Assembly: GCF_009914755.1 (NCBI RefSeq) | Contig: NC_060933.1 | Reading direction: 5' to 3' (one strand) | Length of the DNA stretch: 64,000 nucleotides | From: the human T2T-CHM13v2.0 reference genome, Homo sapiens | Shown here: in pieces, positions 56,131-64,000 of the stretch | Numbering within the stretch: the stretch's first letter is position 1 | How the letters are laid out: every line of letters begins with the position of its first letter | Notes under the pieces: generated by a model | What the model was told of the DNA's origin: nothing | Database searches by the model: none | Seen by the model: only the letters and a program-made list of their open reading frames with translations | Position numbers and translations under genes: made by a program

Positions 56131-59100
56131 AATGGAATGGAATGTAATGGAGAGTAAGGGAGTTGAATAGAATCAATCCGAATGTAATGGAATGGAAAGC
56201 AACGGAATGGAATGGAATGGAATGGAATGGAATGGAATGCAATGGAATGGAATCAACCCGAGTACAATGGAATGGAATGGAATGGAATGGAATGGAATGG
56301 AATGGAATGGAATGGAATGGAATTGAATGGAATGGAATGCCTTCAAACCGAATGGAATGGAAAGGAATGGAATCAACACGAGTGGAATGGAATGGAATGG
56401 AATGGAATTGAATGGAATGGAATGGAATGGTACGGAATAGAATGGAATGGAACGAAATGGAATGGAATGGAATGGAATGGAACGGAACGGAATGGAATGG
56501 AATGGAATGGAATGGGATGGAATGGAATGGAATCGTTCCGAGTGGAATAGGAGGGAATGTATTCGAGTGGAATGGAAAGGAATGGAATCAGCCACAGTGG
56601 ATTGGAAGGGAATGGAATGGAATGGAAACAAATAGAAAGGAATCCACCTGAGTGGAATGGAATGGAAAGGACTGGAATGGAATGGAATGGAATTAACCCG
56701 AATACAATGGAATGGAATGTAATGGAACGGAATGGAGTGGAATGGAATGGAATCAACCCGAGTGCAGGGGAATGGAATGGAATAGAATGCAATGGAATGG
56801 AATCATCCGGAATGGAATGGAAAGGAATGGAATGCAAAGCAATGGAATCAACTCGATTGCAATGGAATGGAATGGAATGGAAAGGAATAAAATGGAATCA
56901 ACCCGAGTGGAATGGAATGGAAAGGACTGGAATGTAGTGGAATGGAATGGAATGGAATCAACTCGATTGGAATGGAATGGAATGGAATGGAATGGAATGG
57001 AATGGAATGGAATTAAACCGAATAGAATGGAATGGAATGGAATGGAACAGAACGGAACGGAACGGAATGGAATGGAATGGAATGGAATGGAATGGAATGG
57101 AATGGAATCAACCCGACTGCAGGGGAATGGAATGGAATGGAATGCAATGGAATGGATTCAACTTGAATGGAATGGAAAGAATGGAATCAACACGAGTGGA
57201 ATGGCATGGATTGGAATGGAAGGGAATGGAATCAACCCGAGTACAGGGGAATGGAATGGAATGGAATGCAATGGAATGGAATCATCCGTAATGGAATGGA
57301 ATGGAATGGAATGGAATGGAATGCAATGGAATGGAATGGAATGGAATCAACTCGATTGCAATCGAATGGAATGGAATGGAATTAACCCGAATAGAATGGA
57401 ATGGAATGGAATGGAACGGAACGGAATGGAATGGAATGGAATGGAATGGAATGGAATGGAATGGTACGGAACGGAACGGAATGGAATGGAATGGAATGGA
57501 ATGGAATGGAATCAACGCGAGTGCAGGGGAATGGAATGAAAGGAATGCAATGGAATGGAATTTTCCGGAATGGAATGGAATGGAATGGAATGGAATGGAA
57601 TGGAATGAAATGCAATGGATTCAACTCGATTGCAATGGAATGGAATAGAATGGAATGGAATGGAATGGAATGGAATGGAATTAACCCGAATAGAATGGAA
57701 TGGAATGGAATGGAACGGAATGGAACTGAATGGAATGGAATGGAATAGAATGGAATGGTATGGAATTGAATGGAATGGTACGGAATAGAATGGAATGGAA
57801 CGAATTGTAATGGAATGGAATTGAATGGAATGGAATGGAATGGAATGGAATCAGCGCAAGTGCAGGGGAATGGAATAGAACGGAATGCAATGGAATGGAA
57901 TCATCCGGAATGGAATGACATGGAATTTAATGGAATCAACCCGAGTGCAATGGAATGGAGTGAAATGGAATGAAATGGAATGGAACAACCCGAATGGAAT
58001 GTAATGTAATGGAGTGTAAGGGAATTGAATAGAATGAATCCGAATGGAATGGAATGGAATGGAAAGGAATGGAATGGAATGGAAAGGAATGGAATGGAAC
58101 GGAATGGAATGCAATGCCATGGAATCAACACGAGTGCAAACGAATGGAATCGAATGGAATGGAATGCAATGGAATGGATTCATCTTGAATGGAATGGAAA
58201 GAATGGAATCAACACGAGTGGAATGCCATGGATTGGAATGGAATGGAATGGAATCAACCCGAGTACTGGGGAATGGAATGGAATGGAATGAAATGGAATG
58301 GAATCATCCGTAATGGAATGGAAAGGAATGGAATGGAATGAAGTGGAATGGAATCATCCGTAATGTAATGGAAAGGAATGGAATGGAATGGAATGGAATG
58401 GAATGGAATGGAATGGAATGGAATCAACTCGATTGCAATCGAATGGAATGGAATGGAATTAACCCGAATAGAATGGAATGGAATGGAATGGAATGGAATG
58501 GAACGGAATGGAATGGAATGGAATGGAATGGAATGGAACGGAACGGAACGGAACGGAATGGAATGGAATGGAATGGAATGGAATGGAATCTACGCGAGTG
58601 CAGGGGAATGGAATGGAATGGAATGCAATGGAATGGAATCTTCCGGAATGGAATGGAATGGAATGGAATGGAATGAAATGCAATGGATTCAACTCGATTG
58701 CAATGGAATGGAATAGAATGGAATGGAATGGAATGGAATGGAATGGAATGGAATGGAATTAACCCGAATAGAATGGAATGGAATGGAATGGAACGGAATG
58801 GAACGGAATGGAATGGAATGCAATGGAATGGAATGGAATGGAATGGTATGGAATGGAATGGAATGGTACGGAATAGAATGGAATGGAACGAATTGTAATG
58901 GAATGGAATTGAATGGAATGGAATGGAATGGAATCAACGCGAGTGCAGGGGAATGGAATGGAACGGAATGCAATGGAATGGAATCATCCGGAATGGAATG
59001 GAATGGAATGGAATCAACCCGAGTGCAATCGAATGGAGTGGAATGGAATGGAATGGAATGGAACAACCCGAATGGAATGGAATGTAATGGAGAGTAAGGG

Positions 59101-62100
59101 AGTTGAATAGAATCAATCCGAATGTAATGGAATGGAAAGCAACGGAATGGAATGGAATGGAATGGAATGGAATGGAATGCAATGGAATGGAATCAACCCG
59201 AGTACAATGGAATGGAATGGAATGGAATGCAATGGAATGGAATGGAATGGAATGGAATGGAATGAAATGGAATGGAATTGAATGGAATGGAATGCCTTCA
59301 AACCGAATGGAATGGAAAGGAATGGAATCAACACGAGAGGAATGGAATGGAATGGAATGGAATGGAATGGAATGGTACGGAATAGAATGGAATGGAAAGA
59401 AATGGAATGGAATGGAATGGAATGGAATGGAATGGAATGGAATGGAATCGTTCCGAGTGGAATAGGAGGGAATGTATTCGAGTGGAATGGAAAGGAATGG
59501 AATCAGCCAGAGTGGAATGGAAGGGAATGGAATGGAATGGAAACTAATAGAAAGGAATCAACCCGAGTGGAATGGAATGGAAAGGACTGGAATGGAATGG
59601 TATGGAATCAACTCTATTGTAATGGAATGGAATGGAATGGAATGGAATGGAATGGAATGGAATGGAATGGAATTAACCCGAATACAATGGAATGGAATGG
59701 AATGGAACGGAATGGAGTGGAATGGAATGGAATCAACCCGAGTGCAGGGGAATGGAATGGAATGGAATACAATGGAATGGAATCATCCGGAATGGAATGG
59801 AATGGAATGGAATGGAAAGCAATGGAATCAACTCGATTGCAATGGAATGGAATGGAATGGAAAGGAATAGAATGGTGTCATCCCGAGTGGAATGAAATGG
59901 AAAGGACTGGAATGGAGTGGAATGGAATGGAATGGAATGGAATGGAATGGAATGGAATTAACCCGAATAGAATGGAATGGAATGGAATGGAACGGAACGG
60001 AACGGAACGGAATGTAATGGAATGGAATGGAATGGAATGGAATGGAATGGAATCAACCCGACTGCAGGGGAATGGAATGGAATGGAATGCAATGGAATTG
60101 ATTCAACTTGAATGGAATGGAAAGAATGGAATCAACAGGAGTGGAATGGCACGGATTGGAATGGAAGGGAATGGAATCAACCCGAGTACAGGGGAATGGA
60201 ATGGAATGGAATGCAATGGAATGGAATCATCCGTAATGGAATAGAAAGTAATGGAATGGAATGGAATGGAATGGAATGGAATGGAATCAACTCGATTGCA
60301 ATCGAATGGAATGGAATGGAATTAACCCGAATAGAATGGAATGGAATGGAAGGGAACGGAACGGAATGGAATGGAATGGAATGGAATGGAATGGAACGGA
60401 AAGGAATGGAATGGAATGGAATGGAGTGGAATGGAATGGAATCAACGCGAGTGCAGGGGAATGGAATGGAATGGAATGCAATGGAATGGAATCTTCCGGA
60501 ATGGAATGGAATGGAATGGAATCAACCCGAGTGCAATGGAATGGAGTGGAATGGAATGGAACAACCCGAATGGAATGGAATGTAATGGAGAGTAAGGGAG
60601 TTGAATAGAATCAATCCGAATGTAATGGAATGGAATGGAACGGAATGGAATTGAAAGGAATGGAATGGAATGCAATGGAATGGAATCAACCCGAGTGCAA
60701 TGGAATGGAGAGTAATGGAATGGAATGGAATGGAAACTACCCGAATTGAATGAAATGGAATGCAGTGTAAGGGAATTGAATAGAATCAATCCGAATGTAA
60801 TGGAATGGAACGGAATGGAATGGAATGGAATGGAATGGAATGGAATGGAATGGAATGCAATGGAATGGAATCAACCCGAGTGCAATCGAATGGAATCCAA
60901 TGGAATGGAATGCAATGGAATGGATTCAACTTGAATGGAATGGAAAGAATGGAATCAACACGAGTGGAATGCCATGGATTGGAATGGAATGGAATGGAAT
61001 CAACCCGAGTACAGGAGAATGGAATGGAATGGAATGCAATGGAATGGAATCATCCGTAATGGAATGGAAAGGAATGGAATGGAATGGAATGGAATGCAAT
61101 GGAATGGAATGGAATCAACTCGATTGCAATCGAATGGAATGGAATGGAATTAACCCGAATAGAATGGAATGGAATGGAATGGAAAGGAACGGAATGGAAT
61201 GGAATGGAATGGAATGGAATGGAACGGAACGGAACGGAATGGAATGGAATGGAATGGAATGGAATCAACGCGAGTGCAGGGGAATGGAATGGAATGGAAT
61301 GCAATGGAATGGAATCTTCCGGAATGGAATGGAATGGAATGAAATGCAATGGATTCAACTCGATTGCAATGGAATGGAATAGAATGGAATGGAATGGAAT
61401 GGAATGGAATGGAATGGAATGGAATTAACCCGAGTAGAATGGAATGGAATGGAATGGAATGGAATGGAATGGAATGGAACTGAATGGAATGGAATGCAAT
61501 TTAATGGAATGGAATGGTATGGAATTGAATGGAATGGTACGGAATAGAATGGAATGGAACGAATTGTAATGGAATGGAATTGAATGGAATGGAATGGAAT
61601 GGAACGGAATCAACGCGAGTGCAGGGGAATGGAATGGAAGGGAATGCAATGGAATGGAATCATCCGGAATGGAATGGAATGGAATGGAATGGAATGGAAT
61701 GGAATGGAATGGCATCAACCCGAGTGCAATGGAATGGAGTGGAATGGAATGGAATGGAATGGAACAACCCGAATGGAATGTAATGTAATGGAGTGTAAGG
61801 GAATTGAATAGAATGAATCCGAATGGAATAGAATGGAATGGAAAGAATGGAATGGAATGGAAAGGAATGGAATGCAATGCCATGGAATCAACACGAGTGC
61901 AAACGAATGGAATCGAATGGAATGGAATGCAATGGAATGGATTCATCTTGAATGGAATGGAAAGAATGGAAACAACACGAGTGGAATGGCATGGATTGGA
62001 ATGGAATGGAATGGAATCAACCCGAGTACAGGGGAATGGAATGGAATGGAATGAAATGGAATGGAAACATCCGTAATGTAATGGAAAGGAATGGAATGGA

Positions 62101-64000
62101 ATGGAATGGAATGGAATGGAATGGATTGGAATGCAATGGAATGGAATGGAATGGAATAAACTCCATTGCAATCGAATGGAATGGTATGGAATTAACCCCA
62201 ATAGAATGGAATGGAATGGAATGGAATGGAACGGAACGGAATGGAATGGAATGGAATGGAACGGAACGCAACGTAATGGAATGGAATGGAATGGAATGGA
62301 ATGGAATGGAATCAACGCGAGTGCAGGGGAATGGAATGGAATCGAATGGAATCAACGCGAGTGCAGGGGAATGGAATGGAATGGAATGCAATGGATTCAA
62401 CTCGATGGCAATGGAATGGAATAGAATGGAATGGAATGGAATGGAATGGAATGGAATTAACCCGAATAGAATGGAATGCAATGGAATGGAACGGAGTGGA
62501 ACGGAATGGAATGGAATGGAATGGAATGGAATGGAATGGAATGGTATGGAATGGAATGGAATGGTACGGAATAGAATGGAATGGAACGAAATGTAATGGA
62601 ATGGAATTGAATGGAATGGAATGGAATGGAATGGAATCAACGCGAGTGAAGGGGAATGTAATGGAACGGAATGCAATGGAATGGAATCATCCGGAATGAA
62701 TGGAATGGAATGGAATGGAATGGAATGGAATCAACCCGAGTGCAATGGAATGGAGTGGAATGGAATGGAATGGAATGGAACAACCCGAATGGAATGGAAT
62801 GTAATGGAGAGAAAGCGAGTTGAATAGAATCAATCCGAATGTAATGGAATGGAAAGCAACGGAATGGAATGGAATGGAATGGAATGGAATGGAATGCAAT
62901 GGAATGGAATCAACCCGAGTACAATGGAATGGAATGGTTTGGAATTGAATGGAATGGAATGGAATGGAATGGAATTGAATGGAATGGAATGCCTTCAAAC
63001 CGAATGGAATGGAAATGAATGGAATCAACACGAGTGGAATGGAATGGAATGGAATGGAATGGTACGGAATAGAATGGAATGGAACGAAATGGAATGGAAT
63101 GGAATGGAATGGAATGGAATGGAATGGAATGGAACGGAATCGTTCCGAGTGGAATAGGAGGGAATGTATTCGAGTGGAATGGAAAGGAATGGAATCAGCC
63201 AGAGTGGAATGGAAGGGAATGGAATGGAAAGGAAACTAATAGAATGGAATCAACCCGAGCGGAATGGAATGGAAAGGACTGGAATGGAATGGAATGGAAT
63301 TAACCCGAATACAATGGAATGGAATGGAATGGAATGGAGTGGAATGGAATGAAATCAACCCGAGTGCAGGGGAATGGAATGGAATGGAATGCAATGGAAT
63401 GGAATCATCCGGAATGGAATGGAATGGAATGGAATGCAAAGCAATGGAATCAACTCGATTGCAATGGAATGGAATGGAATGGAAAGGAATAGAATGGAAT
63501 CAACCCGAGTGGAATGGAATGGAAAGGACTGGAATGGAGTGGAATGGAATGGAATGGAATGGAATGGAATCAACTCGATTGGAATGGAATGGAATGGAAT
63601 GGAATGGAATGGAATGGAATGGAATTAAACCGAATAGAATGGAATGGAATGGAATGGAACGGAACGGAACGGAACGGAATGGAATGGAATGGAATGGAAT
63701 GGAATGGAATGGAATCAACCCGACTGCAGGGGAATGGAATGGAATGGAATGCAATGGAATGGATTCAACTTGAATGGAATGGAAAGAATGGAATCAACAC
63801 GAGTGGAAAGGCATGGATTGGAATGGAAGGGAATGGATTCAACCCGAGTACAGGGGAATGGAATGGAATGGAATGCAATGGAATGGAATCATCCGTAATG
63901 GAATGGAATGGAATGGAATGGAATGGAATGGAATGGAATCAACTCGATTGCAATCGAATGGAATGGAATGGAATTAACCCGAATAGAATGGAATGGAATG

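Larger units (their letters stand above)
1..64000 (+). repeat. Human satellite III (HSat3) array, (GGAAT)n / (CATTC)n, pericentromeric heterochromatin
   Basis: GGAAT pentamer dominates every line. It is interspersed with the decamer CAACCCGAGT (reverse complement ACTCGGGTTG) and relatives, the classical hallmark separating satellite 3 from satellite 2. Same strand polarity throughout, and the array runs off both window ends. Confidence 0.97.
52201..64000 (+). repeat. HSat3 sub-domain A3 (dialect A), three variable higher-order units of ~3.3, ~2.9 and ~3.7 kb
   Basis: Landmark (C/T)GTT(C/A)CGAGTGGAATAGGAGGGAATGTAT at 53242, 56534, 59449 and 63141. Co-periodic rare words GCAAACGAAT (55251, 58136, 61899), GGAAAGCAACGG (~56195, ~59135, 62851) and AATCAGCCA (~56586, 59501, 63193). 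Confidence 0.8.

Noticed and set aside
19-63977. Hundreds of + strand ORFs (MEWNG repeats)
   Set aside because: GGAAT has no stop in any frame and provides ATG every 5 nt. All three frames give the same peptide and overlap, with no domain or codon structure. They are artefacts of the satellite.
1-64000. CRISPR-like alternation of conserved words and spacers
   Set aside because: There are no unique spacers, no constant 23-47 bp palindromic repeat and no cas genes. The linkers are GGAAT runs of variable length.
1-64000. HSat2 (satellite II) or DYZ1/D15Z1 identity
   Set aside because: It lacks the HSat2 CATTCGATTC/GATGAT-rich ~23-26 bp pattern and has long perfect GGAAT runs with CAACCCGAGT. 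No fixed 3.6-kb or 1.8-kb period is visible.
1-64000. SCA31-type (TGGAA)n pathogenic expansion
   Set aside because: That insertion is a few kb within unique intronic DNA, with TAGAA/TAAAA tracts. This window is 64 kb of diverged, modular satellite with no unique flank.
1-64000. Embedded mobile element, inversion, telomeric or alpha-satellite sequence
   Set aside because: No CATTC-oriented segment, poly(A) tail, Alu/L1 sequence, TTAGGG tract or 171-bp monomer was seen. The longest departures from GGAAT are ~20-30 bp and remain on the pentamer lattice.

Overview
The whole 64-kb window is one uninterrupted array of classical human (or great-ape) satellite III (HSat3), i.e. pericentromeric heterochromatin. 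It is (GGAAT)n on the + strand, interspersed with CAACCCGAGT/CAACTCGATT/TAACCCGAAT-type variant words. I see no inversion, transposon insertion, unique sequence, RNA gene, CRISPR array or credible protein-coding gene. All listed ORFs (MEWNG/IPFHS repeats) arise because the pentamer has no stop codon in any frame. The real structure is in the variant words. (1) The array alternates between two sequence dialects, roughly A(1-15.8k)-B(15.8-34.7k)-A(34.7-39.5k)-B(39.5-49.9k)-transitional(49.9-52.2k)-A(52.2-64k). (2) There are nested duplications of about 40-100 bp, 0.77, 1.0, 1.27 and 4.4 kb, and a variable ~2.9-4.4 kb higher-order unit in dialect A. (3) The second B block is a shuffled mosaic of the first. 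(4) About 24 perfect three-pentamer heat-shock elements (GGAAnnTTCCGGAAT) occur only in dialect A. I found no new protein-based system; the best lead is the HSE segregation by domain. All counts and offsets were read by eye, and boundaries are approximate.
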